Shown: positions 9,488 to 20,226, numbered from the stretch's first letter. The stretch is DNA of 64,000 nucleotides from Propionivibrio sp. (GCA_047601695.1 JASGIW010000001.1:46525-110524), one strand, 5' to 3'. Translations and numbers: made by a program. Notes: generated by a model from the letters alone, not told the origin.

Positions 9488-10186
9488 TCACTGCCTCGGG
9501 ATGGTGATTCTCTCCGCGCGTTCCAGGGCATCAAAGAAATCCGAAAGCCGCCGGCCGGGCAGATCAGGGAAGGTATCCTCGCTGACCGTCAGTTGCCCGA
9601 TGCGGTCGACGCGAAAGTGCCGGAAGCCGTCGCGCAACAGACACCAGCCGATGAGCGTCCAGTGTCTTCCCCAGAAGAAGAGTCCGAGCGGCCAGAGTGT
9701 GCGTTCGGACATTTCGCCGTCTTCACGCGTGTAGGCCATGGTGACGATCCGGCGTTGGCGTACGGCGCGGCGCAGTTCGGTGAGGTGGCCCGGCCGCTCG
9801 TTCTGCGGCGGCGGGATGAACAGTTGCGCGCGTTGCGCTTCGCGGCGCAGCAGGTCGGGCAGGACGTTGTGGATCTTGGCCAGCGCGGCGGTCGCGGCCT
9901 GCGCGAGGTCAGCGTCGCCCCAGGCCTGCACCATGCGCGAGCCGACGAGCAGCGCTTCGAGTTCGGCCGGATCGAAGAGCAGCGGTGGGACGTCCAGCCG
10001 GTAGCGCAGTCGGTAGCCGACGCCGGCCTCGCCCTCGATCGGCACGCCGGACAGCGTCAGATCGTGGATGTCGCGGTAGAGCGTGCGCAACGAGACTTGC
10101 AGCTGCTCGGCGAGCCAGCCGCCCGTTGCCAGCCGCTTGCTGCGCAGGAGTTCGACCAGGCGAAAGAGGCGATCGGCACGGCGCAT
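9488..10186 (-). CDS. yafY: YafY-family HTH-WYL transcriptional regulator
   Basis: MRRADRLF...VSLRTLYRDI...GEAGVGY; WYL domain WTLIGWCLLRDGFRHFRVDRI. Confidence 0.92.
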   Translation of the reverse strand: MRRADRLFRLVELLRSKRLATGGWLAEQLQVSLRTLYRDIHDLTLSGVPIEGEAGVGYRLRYRLDVPPLLFDPAELEALLVGSRMVQAWGDADLAQAATAALAKIHNVLPDLLRREAQRAQLFIPPPQNERPGHLTELRRAVRQRRIVTMAYTREDGEMSERTLWPLGLFFWGRHWTLIGWCLLRDGFRHFRVDRIGQLTVSEDTFPDLPGRRLSDFFDALERAERITIPRQ

Positions 10187-10220
10187 GGGGTGTGTATTCG
10201 AGAGAAGCGAGCACCCGATT

Positions 10221-10844
10221 CTACGCACTGACAGCCAGCATGAGGGCGTCGAAATACGCCCGGCGACCGGTTTTGAAAAGTCCGTACCAAGCATCGAGTA
10301 CGGCCGGTGGATAGAGATCCAGCCGGCGGAAGATGTGCTGTGCGAAGTCAACCGGCGCGGTACCGGAGGCGGTGATGACGTCGTCGTCAGTGACGGCGGG
10401 AACCTCTTCGTAAAGCGCCAGGCCGTGGTATCCGGTCGCTGCCAGATATTCGCGCGCATTGCTGGTATGGCGTCGCTTATCGAGCAGACCGCCGCGAGCC
10501 AAGGCGGCGGTCGCCGCGCAGATGGCGGCGATCGGTACGCCGGCGGCGATAAATGTCCGTACGGTTGCGATGGCCTCCGTGTTTCCGCCCGACTCCCAAA
10601 CGTCGCCGCCGGGCAGGATCAGCATCGCGGTCTCGGCGGAGTTGATCTCCGCGAGCGTCAGGTCGGGGACGATGCGGATACCACCCATCGTTTGCACGAC
10701 GTCGGGTCGCGCGGCCACGGTACGCACCCGGTAGCGGCCAGGGATGCGCTGGAACCGAGGGTTGTTGATCGCGGCGACGGCGTGGCCGGCCTCCCAGTCG
10801 GAGAGTCCATCGAAGACGAAAAGGAGAACATCCAGCGGTCTCAT
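10221..10844 (-). CDS. DJ-1/PfpI family protein
   Basis: DWEAG acidic residue, LILPGG, nucleophile AAICAA. Confidence 0.9.
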   Translation of the reverse strand: MRPLDVLLFVFDGLSDWEAGHAVAAINNPRFQRIPGRYRVRTVAARPDVVQTMGGIRIVPDLTLAEINSAETAMLILPGGDVWESGGNTEAIATVRTFIAAGVPIAAICAATAALARGGLLDKRRHTSNAREYLAATGYHGLALYEEVPAVTDDDVITASGTAPVDFAQHIFRRLDLYPPAVLDAWYGLFKTGRRAYFDALMLAVSA

Positions 10845-10913
10845 GTCCATTGCTCCGCAGAAGATTGGAAACCCGGGCGGAGGCGTTGTCGAAACCGGCT
10901 CCGCCCACGGCGC

Positions 10914-11282
10914 TCAGTGCAGCGAGTGCAGCCCGACGATGTTGCCTTCACTGTCGCTGAACATGCCGATGTAGCCGATGTCGTCGCGCAGGAAAGTCCT
11001 CGGCATGATGATCCGTCCGCCAGCGCCTTCCACCCGGTCGAGAATCGGCCGTAGATCGTCGCCGGCGTTGAGGTAGATGCGGACGCCGTCGGCGTGCGGC
11101 CGCGCCTGTTCGAATTCGATCAGGCAGCCGCCGACGCCGGGTTCCGTATAGGGCAGCATCGCCATGCGCATGCCGGGGAAGCTCTCGTCGATCGGCAGTC
11201 GGGCGGCGAGGATCTGTTCATAGAACTTCACCGCGCGTTCGAGCTTGGCAGCAGGGATTTCAAACCAGTTGAGCGCATTCAT
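10914..11282 (-). CDS. VOC/glyoxalase family protein
   Basis: MNALNWFEIPA...RAVKFY; FSDSEGNIVGLHS; AAGGAG RBS. Confidence 0.9.
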   Translation of the reverse strand: MNALNWFEIPAAKLERAVKFYEQILAARLPIDESFPGMRMAMLPYTEPGVGGCLIEFEQARPHADGVRIYLNAGDDLRPILDRVEGAGGRIIMPRTFLRDDIGYIGMFSDSEGNIVGLHSLH

Positions 11283-11329
11283 CGGGAACTCCTTGTAGTG
11301 GTGGGTTGGAGTCCGCATGATGCGCGCGG

Positions 11330-11355
11330 CCTGCTGACAGCGTGGTGTCAGCAGG
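11330..11355. promoter_or_regulatory. Perfect palindrome, candidate WYL-regulator operator
   Basis: CCTGCTGACA-GCGTGG-TGTCAGCAGG (10-6-10), 48 bp upstream of the VOC start. Confidence 0.65.
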
Positions 11356-11365
11356 GTTGGGGTGT

Positions 11366-11818
11366 TCAGCGGCCGGAACGTTGCGCCAGAAAACGGTCGA
11401 GATGTCCGGCGAACGCCTTCTGCTCGGCGGCGCTCATCGGCGGCGGTCCGCCGGTTTGGACGCCGCTCGCGCGCAGGTTGTCCATGAAGTCGCGCATGTT
11501 GAGCAGCGGGCGGATGTTGGCCGCGGAGTACCACTCGCCGCGATGGCTGAGCACGTGGCCGCCTTTCTCGATGACTTCGGCGGCGAGCGGCAGGTCGCTG
11601 GTGATGACCAGATCGCCGGCACTCGCCCGCTTGACGATCTCGTTGTCGGCGACGTCGAAGCCGGCCGCGACCTGTACGCTGCGGATGTACGGCGACGGCG
11701 GTACGGTGAGCGTCTGGTTGGCGATCAGCGTCAGCGGAATCCGCGTCCGGTTGGCGGCGCGGAAGAGGATGTCCTTGATCGCCCGCGGGCAGGCGTCGGC
11801 GTCGACCCAGATCTGCAT
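11366..11818 (-). CDS. yaiI: YaiI/YqxD (UPF0178) family protein
   Basis: [43 protein letters not shown]. Confidence 0.9.
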   Translation of the reverse strand: MQIWVDADACPRAIKDILFRAANRTRIPLTLIANQTLTVPPSPYIRSVQVAAGFDVADNEIVKRASAGDLVITSDLPLAAEVIEKGGHVLSHRGEWYSAANIRPLLNMRDFMDNLRASGVQTGGPPPMSAAEQKAFAGHLDRFLAQRSGR

Positions 11819-12831
11819 CAGATGAGCTTCACGGCCTTGAGCTCGTCCTTCAGCCAGGCGTAGGCGATGGGCGCGGCGACCAGGCCGGCGACGCCGAACG
11901 CGCTTTCCATGGCCAGCATGGCGGTGAGCAGTTCCCAGGCGCGGGCGTTGATCTGCCCGCCGACGATGCGCGCATTGAGGAAGTACTCGAGCTTGTGGAT
12001 CAGGATGAGGAAGCCGAGCGAGGCGAAGGCGATCTGCGGCGAGTGCGCCATGCTGACGATGACGATGACCGAGTTGGAGATCAGGTTGCCGACGACCGGG
12101 AGGAGCCCGGCGAGGAAAGTGACGACGATCATCGTCTTGGTGAGCGGCAGATGGACGCCGCAGGCGGGGAGGACGACGATCAGGTAGATCGTCGTAAAGA
12201 AGGTGTTGAGCGCGGAGATGCGGATCTGTGCGAAAACGATGCGGCGGAACGCCTCGCCCAGCCGGAAGACGCGTTCGGCCAGCGCGCGGGCGAGCGGCGC
12301 GCGTTGGGTGTCGCCCAGGGCGTCGCGCAGCGAAGCCATGGCGCCGATCACCATGCCGATCAGGAGTTGGGCGAGCGCGTGGCCGGTGTCCTTGCCGATC
12401 GATTGCAGCTCGGACGCGTGTTCGCGCAACCACAGGCTCAGCGTGTCGCGCACGCCCTGCGCGGTGCTCGGCAGGAACTCGACGATCCAGGCCGGCAGCG
12501 TCGAGCGCGAGTCCTCGATGATGTCGGCCATCTTGGCGAGCAGCGCGGAAAGACTGCCGCCTTCCCCCTTCATGAAAACGACGATCCCGAAGCTCGCGGC
12601 AGCGATGACGCCGATGACGATCAGCGAGACGACGACGATCGCCGCCGCCTTGGCGCGGCGCGTCGTCATGTGACGGGCGAAGAGCGGGGCGAGCACATGC
12701 ACCAGTTCGTAGACGAGCAGTCCGGCGATCAGCGCCGGCAGGAGACGAAAGTGCAGCGTGAACAGCATGGCGAGCGCGGCCAGTATCCACGAGGCGTATT
12801 CGGAGTGGGTGATACGTGTGTTCTTGTTCAT
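11818..12831 (-). CDS. AI-2E (PerM) family transporter
   Basis: Multiple TM segments; [33 protein letters not shown]. In frame with the upstream flavoprotein with no stop between them. Confidence 0.85.
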   Translation of the reverse strand: MNKNTRITHSEYASWILAALAMLFTLHFRLLPALIAGLLVYELVHVLAPLFARHMTTRRAKAAAIVVVSLIVIGVIAAASFGIVVFMKGEGGSLSALLAKMADIIEDSRSTLPAWIVEFLPSTAQGVRDTLSLWLREHASELQSIGKDTGHALAQLLIGMVIGAMASLRDALGDTQRAPLARALAERVFRLGEAFRRIVFAQIRISALNTFFTTIYLIVVLPACGVHLPLTKTMIVVTFLAGLLPVVGNLISNSVIVIVSMAHSPQIAFASLGFLILIHKLEYFLNARIVGGQINARAWELLTAMLAMESAFGVAGLVAAPIAYAWLKDELKAVKLI

Positions 12832-14130
12832 GGGCAATCCGTGGAACGGGGAATGCGCTGCCTCGGCGGCCGCGCGGGCGGCCAACGCGATGGATTCAAG
12901 CACGCCCTGCCCGGCAGTGTAGCCGCTCGCGAAGCATGCGGTCAGCAGGTAGCCGCCGGTCGGCGCTTCCCAGTCGAGCATTTCGCCGGCGCAAAAGACG
13001 CCCGGCAAGTCGCGCAGCATCAGGCGTTCGTCGAGCGCCGCGAAAACCACGCCGCCGGCGCTGCTGATCGCCTCGTCGAGCGGGCGCGGTGCGACCAGCC
13101 GCAGCGGCAGCGCTTTGATGGCGTGCGCCAGGTGGGACGGATCGGCGATTTCGTCGCGCGTCAGGCATTCGTGCAGCAACGCCGTCTTCACGCCCTTGAG
13201 GCCCAGACGGCTCCGCAGATGGCTCGCCAGCGAACGCGAACCGCGCGGCCGGGCGACTTCGTCGACCACGCGCTGTAGTTCGTGGCCGGGCAGCAGGTCG
13301 AGCCGAAGCGTCGCGCTGCCGTCGCGCGCTATCGCGTCGCGCAAAGGGGTGGAAAGCGCGTAGATCAGACCGCCTTCGACGCCGCTATCGGTGATGACGA
13401 ACTCGCCTTGCCGGCGATGCTCGCCGCCTGCCGGATCGGTGACCGACGCGCAGACGGCTTTCACCGGCTGGCCGGCAAAGCGTTCGCGCAGATACGGACT
13501 CCAGTCGGCGTCAAAGCCGCAATTGGCCGGGCGCAACGGCGCGACCGGGATGCCGGTCCGTTCCAGCAGGCCGACCCAGCGGCCATCCGAACCGAGCTTG
13601 GCCCAACTGCCGCCGCCGAGTGCCAGCACGACATGATCGGCTTCGATCCGGTTTTCGCCCTCCGGCGAATCGAACAGCAATCGGTGGCGGCCATTGGCCA
13701 AGCGCTCCAGGCCGGCCAAGCGATGCCGAACATGAAAACGCACCGCCTGCTCGCGTAGCCGGTGCAGCCAGGCACGCAGCAAGGGCGCGGCTTTCATCTC
13801 CTTCGGAAAGACACGGCCGGAACTGCCGACGAAACTCTCGACACCCAACCCAAGCATCCATGCGCGTAGCGCATCCGGGCCGAAAGCTTCGATCAGCGGC
13901 GCCAGCATCTCCCGGCGTGTCCCATAGCGGCCGAGGAACGATTCCCGCGGTTCCGAATGCGTGATGTTCATGCCGCCCTTGCCGGCCATCAGAAACTTGC
14001 GGCCGACCGAGGGCATCGCGTCGAACAGGTCGACTTTCGCGACCGATGCGCGCGAAATGACCTCCGCCGCCATCAGCCCGGCCGGACCGCCGCCGACGAT
14101 GGCGACATTCGGTATGACGTGGTTGTCCAT
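12832..14130 (-). CDS. HI0933/BaiN-like flavoprotein (TIGR03862-like); reads through into the AI-2E gene
   Basis: [59 protein letters not shown]. Confidence 0.88.
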
Positions 14131-14135
14131 GGCGC

Positions 14136-14925
14136 CTAGGCGATGGCGGACAGTTGCGCCGGCGCCGGCTGGCGGCTTTGGAGGTGGCCCAGGCCAAGGC
14201 GGTGGAGCGCGTCCTGCAGTCGCTCCGGCAGCGCGGTCGCCAGGAGCCGCAACTGCCGCGATCCTTCGCCAGCTTGGCCGGCCAGTCGTACACACTGCCG
14301 GGCGACGGCGTCGGCCACGTCGATCAGTTCGGCGCGGTCGCCGACGATGGGCTTGAGTATCGGAGCGAGAAAGGTGTAATGCGTGCAGCCGAGGACAAGG
14401 CGATCGCTGCCGCCGTCGAGCGTCGGCTCAAGAAGCGCGCGAACGGCGTCGATAAACGCCGGATCGTCGAGCAGGCCCTTTTCGACGCGAGTTGCCCAGT
14501 CCGGGCACGGCACGATGTTCAACTTGAACGTTGCTGGCGTGCCGCCGAACGAGATCCTTCAGGCGTTCGCTACGCGCGGTGGACACCGTGGATAGCACCG
14601 CGATGCGCCGGCTGCGCGAGGATGCCGCCGCCGGCTTCACGCCCGGCTCGACCCCGATCACCGGTAGGGCGGGCAGGACCGCGCGCAGTTCGGAAACGGC
14701 CGCCGCGGTCGCCGTGTTGCAGGCGACGACGATCATCGAGCAGCCTTGCGCCATCAGATGACGGCCGATTTTCAGAACGCGCTCGCGGATGAACTCGTCG
14801 CTTTTTTCGCCGTAGGGCACGTGCGCCGTATCGGCGAGATAGCACAGGTCGGCATCGGGCAGCGCTTCGGCGATGGCCGCCAGCACCGACAGTCCGCCCA
14901 GGCCGCTGTCGAAAACGCCGATCAT
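14136..14925 (-). CDS. murI: Glutamate racemase (frameshift near 14522)
   Basis: IGVFDSGLGGLSV, PYG, VACNTA and LGCTHY split over two frames; one extra base joins them. Confidence 0.92.
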
Positions 14926-14971
14926 GGGGGGCACCTGCGAGGAGGTGGGTTCATTCTTAAGACCTTGTTCA

Positions 14972-15113
14972 AACCACAACGACACAACGGGCACAACGAA
15001 AAAACGAAGCATTTCCTCTTGCCGATGATTCATTCACCGGGCGATGGGATGAGAGGGGTTGAAAACCCTGGTTTTCGCTTGGTTTTCGTCGTGCCCGTTG
15101 TGTCGTTGTGGTT
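14972..15113. repeat. 142-bp inverted-repeat element (31-bp arms built of CACAACG subunits); MITE/REP-like
   Basis: 14972-14994 is the exact reverse complement of 15091-15113; pairing extends to 31 bp with one mismatch; internal GAAAACC-CT-GGTTTTC hairpin at 15061-15076. Confidence 0.75.
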
Positions 15114-15152
15114 AACCGCTTTTTTCCAGTTTCATTCTTCAGAGCAACGAGG

Positions 15153-15179
15153 AAAAAAGCCGGCGCGAGGCCGGCTTTT
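15153..15179 (-). terminator. Rho-independent terminator downstream of fumA
   Basis: AAAAGCCGGC-GCGAG-GCCGGCTTTT stem with A/T tracts on both sides. Confidence 0.8.
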
Positions 15180-15197
15180 CTTGGGTTGTGTCGATAC

Positions 15198-16748
15198 TCA
15201 GTGCTTGTTGGCGAACAGCGTTTCGACCGGGATCTTGCCGATCTTGGTGCACCATTCGATCGGACCGGTCGTATGCACCGAGGTGCCTTCCGAATCGACC
15301 GCGACTGTGACGGGCATGTCCTGCAGGTCGAATTCGTAGATCGCTTCCATGCCGAGGTCGGCGAAGCCGACGACCTTGGCGCCCTTGATCGCCTTGGCGA
15401 CCAGGTAAGCGGCGCCGCCGACGGCCATCAGGTAGGCCGACTTGTTGTCCTTGATCGCGGCGATCGCCGTCGAGCCGCGCTCGGACTTGCCGACCATGGC
15501 GATGAGGCCGGTCTTCTCCAACATCATGCGGGTGAATTTGTCCATGCGCGTGGCGGTCGTCGGGCCGGCTGGGCCGACCACTTCGTCGCCGACCGGGTCA
15601 ACCGGGCCGACGTAGTAGATGACGCGGTTGGTGAAGTCCACCGGCAGCTTCTCGCCCTTGGCCAGCATGTCCTGGATGCGCTTGTGCGCGGCGTCGCGGC
15701 CGGTCAGCATCTTGCCGTTCAGGAGCAGCTTCTGGCCCGGCTTCCACGCGGCGACTTGTTCCTTGGTCAGCGCGTTGAGGTCGACACGGGTGGCTTCCTT
15801 GAGGTCCGGCGTCCAGGTGACGGCCGGCCAGTCTTCCAGCTTCGGCGGCTCAAGCTTGGCCGGGCCGTTGCCGTCGAGGTGGAAATGCACGTGGCGCGTC
15901 GCGGCGCAGTTCGGCACCAGCGCGACGGGAAGATTCGCGGCGTGGCACGGGTAGTCGAGCACCTTGACGTCGAGCACGGTGGTTAGGCCGCCGAGACCCT
16001 GGGCGCCGATGCCGAGCGCGTTCACCTTCTCGTAGATTTCGAGGCGCAGTTCTTCGGCGCGCGTGAGCTTGGCGCCGGAAGTAGCCTTGGCCTTCAATTC
16101 GTGCATGTTGCACGGCGCCATGATCGATTCCTTGGCCAGCAGCATCGCCTTTTCCGGCGTGCCGCCGATGCCGACGCCGATGATGCCGGGCGGGCACCAG
16201 CCGGCGCCCATGGTCGGCACGGTCTTGAGAATCCAGTCGACGAGGTCGTCGGACGGGTTGAGCATGGCGAACTTGGACTTGGCTTCCGAGCCGCCGCCCT
16301 TGGCCGCGCAGATGACCTCGACGTGGTCGCCGGCGACGATCTCGTAGTGCACGACGGCCGGCGTATTGTCCTTGGTGTTCTTGCGCGTGCCGGCCGGGTC
16401 GGCCAGCACCGAGGCGCGCAGCGGATTGGCCGGGTCGGCGTAGGCGCGCTTGACACCTTCGTTGACCATCTCCTGCAGCGTCATCGTCGCGTCGTCCCAG
16501 CGCACGTTCATGCCGACCTTGAGGAAGACCATGCCGATGCCGGTGTCCTGGCAGATCGGGCGGTGGCCTTCGGCGGACATGCGCGAGTTGGTCAGGATCT
16601 GCGCGATGGCGTCCTTGGCGGCCGGGCTTTCTTCGCGGTCGTAAGCTTCGCCGAGCGCCTTGATGAAGTCGAGCGGATGGTAGTAGCTGATGTACTGGAA
16701 GGCATCGGCGATGCTCTGGATCAGGTCTTCCTGCTTGAGGCTGGTCAT
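15198..16748 (-). CDS. fumA: Class I (Fe-S) fumarate hydratase
   Basis: PICQDTG, KGGGSE, GAGWCPPG, GRDAAHKR, GPAGPTTATRMD. Confidence 0.93.
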   Translation of the reverse strand: MTSLKQEDLIQSIADAFQYISYYHPLDFIKALGEAYDREESPAAKDAIAQILTNSRMSAEGHRPICQDTGIGMVFLKVGMNVRWDDATMTLQEMVNEGVKRAYADPANPLRASVLADPAGTRKNTKDNTPAVVHYEIVAGDHVEVICAAKGGGSEAKSKFAMLNPSDDLVDWILKTVPTMGAGWCPPGIIGVGIGGTPEKAMLLAKESIMAPCNMHELKAKATSGAKLTRAEELRLEIYEKVNALGIGAQGLGGLTTVLDVKVLDYPCHAANLPVALVPNCAATRHVHFHLDGNGPAKLEPPKLEDWPAVTWTPDLKEATRVDLNALTKEQVAAWKPGQKLLLNGKMLTGRDAAHKRIQDMLAKGEKLPVDFTNRVIYYVGPVDPVGDEVVGPAGPTTATRMDKFTRMMLEKTGLIAMVGKSERGSTAIAAIKDNKSAYLMAVGGAAYLVAKAIKGAKVVGFADLGMEAIYEFDLQDMPVTVAVDSEGTSVHTTGPIEWCTKIGKIPVETLFANKH

Positions 16749-16921
16749 TTCGGACTTTCTGTCAAAGGTTGGAGGAAATACTGGCGTTTCAAAAGGCGTT
16801 CGATCCGGCTGCGACGGGTTTGGGTCATGGGGTGAAGCTCATGCGGGCCCGGCCGCGATGCGCGCGATTTTATCACCAACCGGTTTCGGCCAAGGCGTCC
16901 GCAAATGGCCCGCTCGCCTCG

Positions 16922-17782
16922 TCAGGCCGTTTGCCGACTGATCGCCGCGCCGAGCGGAATGTCGGAGGCGGCGATGTGGTTGAGCATCCAGCGATAGATG
17001 AAACGGCAGAGCAGTTCGGCGGATATCCGGTCGCTCCGCCAGTCGTCGACCAGGTCGGAAAACTCATCCAGAAGCAGCCGATGCTCTTCGCGGTGCTTCG
17101 AGCCGTGCTCGAAGTCGATCGTCGACATCATCGCTTCCTCCTCGCGGAAGTGCGATTCGGTCGCGTTGCCGAACTGTTCGATCAGCGAAGCCAGCAGCTG
17201 TCGGTCGGACGATTTTCTCGCCACGATGATCCGGTTGAGCAGATCGATCATTGCCGGGTAGTGGGTGTCTATGGACTCGATTCCGGTCGAAACGTCGGTG
17301 GGCCAGCGGATGGCTTCGAGGTTGTTCATGCGCCTTTCCTCGAAAGCGTCGAAATTCTCGTCGTCTTCCCGGCGCCGGTCGGTGGTTCCGACCTGCGAAA
17401 TGACGGCGCGCCCGAACAACGTGTCCTTGCCGGCGATATGTTGGAACATCCATTGATGAATGAGATTGCCGAAGGTCGCGACGCTTTTTTCGAACGCTTC
17501 GAGCGCGTCGATTTCGCCCTGGACTTCGGCGAGCAAGCGCTGGTGTTCGTCCCAGTGCTCCTGCATTCCTTCGTACTTGCAGTCGCGCATCAGGGCTTCC
17601 TCGCGGGCGAAATGTGCGACCGTCTCCGTCTTCATGTCGAGCAGTGCTGACTTGAGCTCGGAGAAGTTGGCGTTGGTGCTCGCCTGTTTCAGGCGGTCGG
17701 CCCTTGCCAGCAATTGCTGGTGATCGTCGTCCAGCGTTGAAAGGCCGGTTTCCAGTTCGGATGTCCAACTGCTTGGCTTCAT
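16922..17782 (-). CDS. Tandem two-domain bacteriohemerythrin
   Basis: Two H...HFxxEE...HxxEH...HIxxxD sets (HFAREE/HWDEH/HIAGKD and HFREEE/HREEH/HIAASD). Confidence 0.88.
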   Translation of the reverse strand: MKPSSWTSELETGLSTLDDDHQQLLARADRLKQASTNANFSELKSALLDMKTETVAHFAREEALMRDCKYEGMQEHWDEHQRLLAEVQGEIDALEAFEKSVATFGNLIHQWMFQHIAGKDTLFGRAVISQVGTTDRRREDDENFDAFEERRMNNLEAIRWPTDVSTGIESIDTHYPAMIDLLNRIIVARKSSDRQLLASLIEQFGNATESHFREEEAMMSTIDFEHGSKHREEHRLLLDEFSDLVDDWRSDRISAELLCRFIYRWMLNHIAASDIPLGAAISRQTA

Positions 17783-17991
17783 GGCTTGATCCCGGTTGGT
17801 ATGGATACTTTTCATGTCGGCTGTGCGCTGCTTCGCAACAGCACCGTCGATGGTATTCCCTTTCGTGTTGGCTGTGCAGGGGGCGTAAGTGAGGTGTAAG
17901 GTTGCGTGAGCTAAATGACGCTGGTTTCGCCACGGCTCCGCGCGCTTTCATCCGGCGCAAAAGCGATTGAGAACAGTAAAGGAGGTCATCC

Positions 17992-19963
17992 ATGTCCCAG
18001 AATGAGTCCGTTCAGCTTTTTCAACCGCCTGCCGAATTCGTCAAGCAGGCCACGATCTCCGGCATGAACGCCTACAAGGCGCTGTGCGACGAAGCCGGCA
18101 AGGACTACACCGGTTATTGGGCGCGGTTGGCGCGTGAGCACGTGACCTGGAAACAGCCGTTCACCCAGATTCTCGACGAGTCCAATGCACCGTTCTACAA
18201 GTGGTTCGCCGACGGCAAGCTGAACGCGTCGTACAACTGCCTCGATCGCAATATCGAAGCCGGTCTGGGCGACAAGGTGGCGATCGTTTCCGAGACGGAC
18301 GACGGGGAGGTCAGGCGGATCACTTACAAGGAACTGTTGGCCAAGGTCAATCAACTCGCCAACGGCCTGCGCGCGCAGGGCATCAGGAAGGGCGACCGCG
18401 TCATCATCTACATGGCGATGGGCATCGAAGGCGTGATCGCCATGCAGGCCTGCGCCCGGATCGGCGTCATCCACTCGGTGGTGTTCGGCGGCTTCTCGGC
18501 GCAGTCGGTGCGCGACCGGATCAACGACGCCGGCGCCATCGCGGTGATCACCACCGACGAACAATGTCGTGGCGGCAAGAAGTTGCCGTTGAAGCCCGCC
18601 GTGGACGAAGGCATCGCGCTCGGCGGCTGCGAATCGATCAAGAAAGTGATCGTTTTTCGGGCGCACGGGCGGTACATGCCCGATGGTGGCCGGGCGCGAT
18701 CTCTGGTGGGACGACGTGATCGCCGGCCAGTCCGACGTTTGCGAGCCGGAGTGGGTCGACGCTGAGCATCCCTTGTTCCTGCTCTACACCTCGGGGTCGA
18801 CCGGCAAGCCGAAGGGCGTGCAGCACTCGACGGGCGGCTACCTGCTGCACGCCGTGCTGACCATGAAGTGGACCTTCGATCTGAAGCCGCACGACATCTT
18901 CTGGTGTACCGCCGACATCGGCTGGGTAACCGGCCATACCTACGTCGCCTACGGCCCACTCGCTTGCGGCGCGACGCAGATGGTGTTCGAAGGCGTGCCG
19001 ACCTATCCCGACGCCGGGCGCTTCTGGAAGATGATCCAGGATCACCGGATCAACATCTTTTACACGGCACCGACCGCGATCCGCTCACTGATCAAGGCGG
19101 CGGATACCCATCCGGAAGTCGCCCCGACCCAATACGACCTGTCCTCCCTGCGCCTGCTCGGCACCGTCGGCGAGCCGATCAATCCGGCGGCTTGGCTGTG
19201 GTACCACGAGAAGGTCGGCGGCAACCGCTGCCCGATCGTCGATACGTTCTGGCAGACCGAAACCGGCGGCCACATGATCACGCCGCTGCCCGGCGTGACG
19301 CCGCTGGTGCCTGGTTCCTGCACGCTGCCGTTCCCCGGCATCCAGGCGACGATCGTCGATGAAACAGGAACAGAGCTGGATTGGGGCAAGGGCGGGCTGC
19401 TCGTCGTCAGCAAGCCGTGGCCATCGATGATCCGCACGATCTGGGGCGATCCTGACCGCTTCAAGCGCTCGTACTTCCCGGACGACTTCCAGGGCAAGCT
19501 GTACCTCGCCGGCGACGGTGCGGTACGCGATGTGCACACCGGTTACTTCACGATCACCGGCCGCATCGACGACGTGCTGAACGTCTCCGGCCACCGCATG
19601 GGCACCATGGAGATCGAATCGGCGCTCGTCTCCCATCCGATGGTGGCCGAAGCAGCTGTCGTTGGGCGCCCCGACGAGCTGACCGGCGAGGCGATCTGCG
19701 CCTTCGTCGTACTGAAGGGCGCGCGCCCGGTCGGCGAAGCGGCGGGCAGGATGGTCAAGGAATTGCAGGACCACGTGGCGAAGGAAATCGGACCGATCGC
19801 CAAGCCGAAAGATATCCGTTTCGGGGAGAACCTGCCGAAGACGAGATCGGGTAAGATCATGCGCCGCCTCTTGCGTTCCCTGGCGAAGGGTGAGACAGTC
19901 GCGCAGGACGTTTCGACGCTGGAGAATCCGGCGATCCTTGAGCAGCTCAGAGGTCATGCCTGA
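17992..19963 (+). CDS. acs: Acetyl-CoA synthetase (frameshift near 18660)
   Basis: [47 protein letters not shown]; extra G in CGGGCGC at 18658-18664. Confidence 0.95.
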
Positions 19964-20090
19964 GATTGTTCAAGTTGCTGATGTTAAAAGGTTTTGATGG
20001 GGTGAGAGGAGGAAGGCGTCGTTTGTGGGCCGGTTTGCCGGCAGTCTTCGACGCGATTAGTGGTACCAAGCGGCACCAATAGACCGCGAT

Positions 20091-20121
20091 TCGGGCCGAC
20101 GCACGATGTGCGTCGGCCCGA
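20091..20121. repeat. Perfect 14-bp hairpin in the acs-DUF294 spacer (terminator or REP-like)
   Basis: TCGGGCCGACGCAC-GAT-GTGCGTCGGCCCGA, followed by CCATTTT. Confidence 0.6.
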
Positions 20122-20226
20122 CCATTTTGGGCGCGGCAAATGTGCAGCCATTCGAGCGAGTCGCAAGGTGTTTCGAGCGGGGAATCGAAATGGGCAGGCG
20201 TCAATCGACAGGCAAGGGCCACGGCG

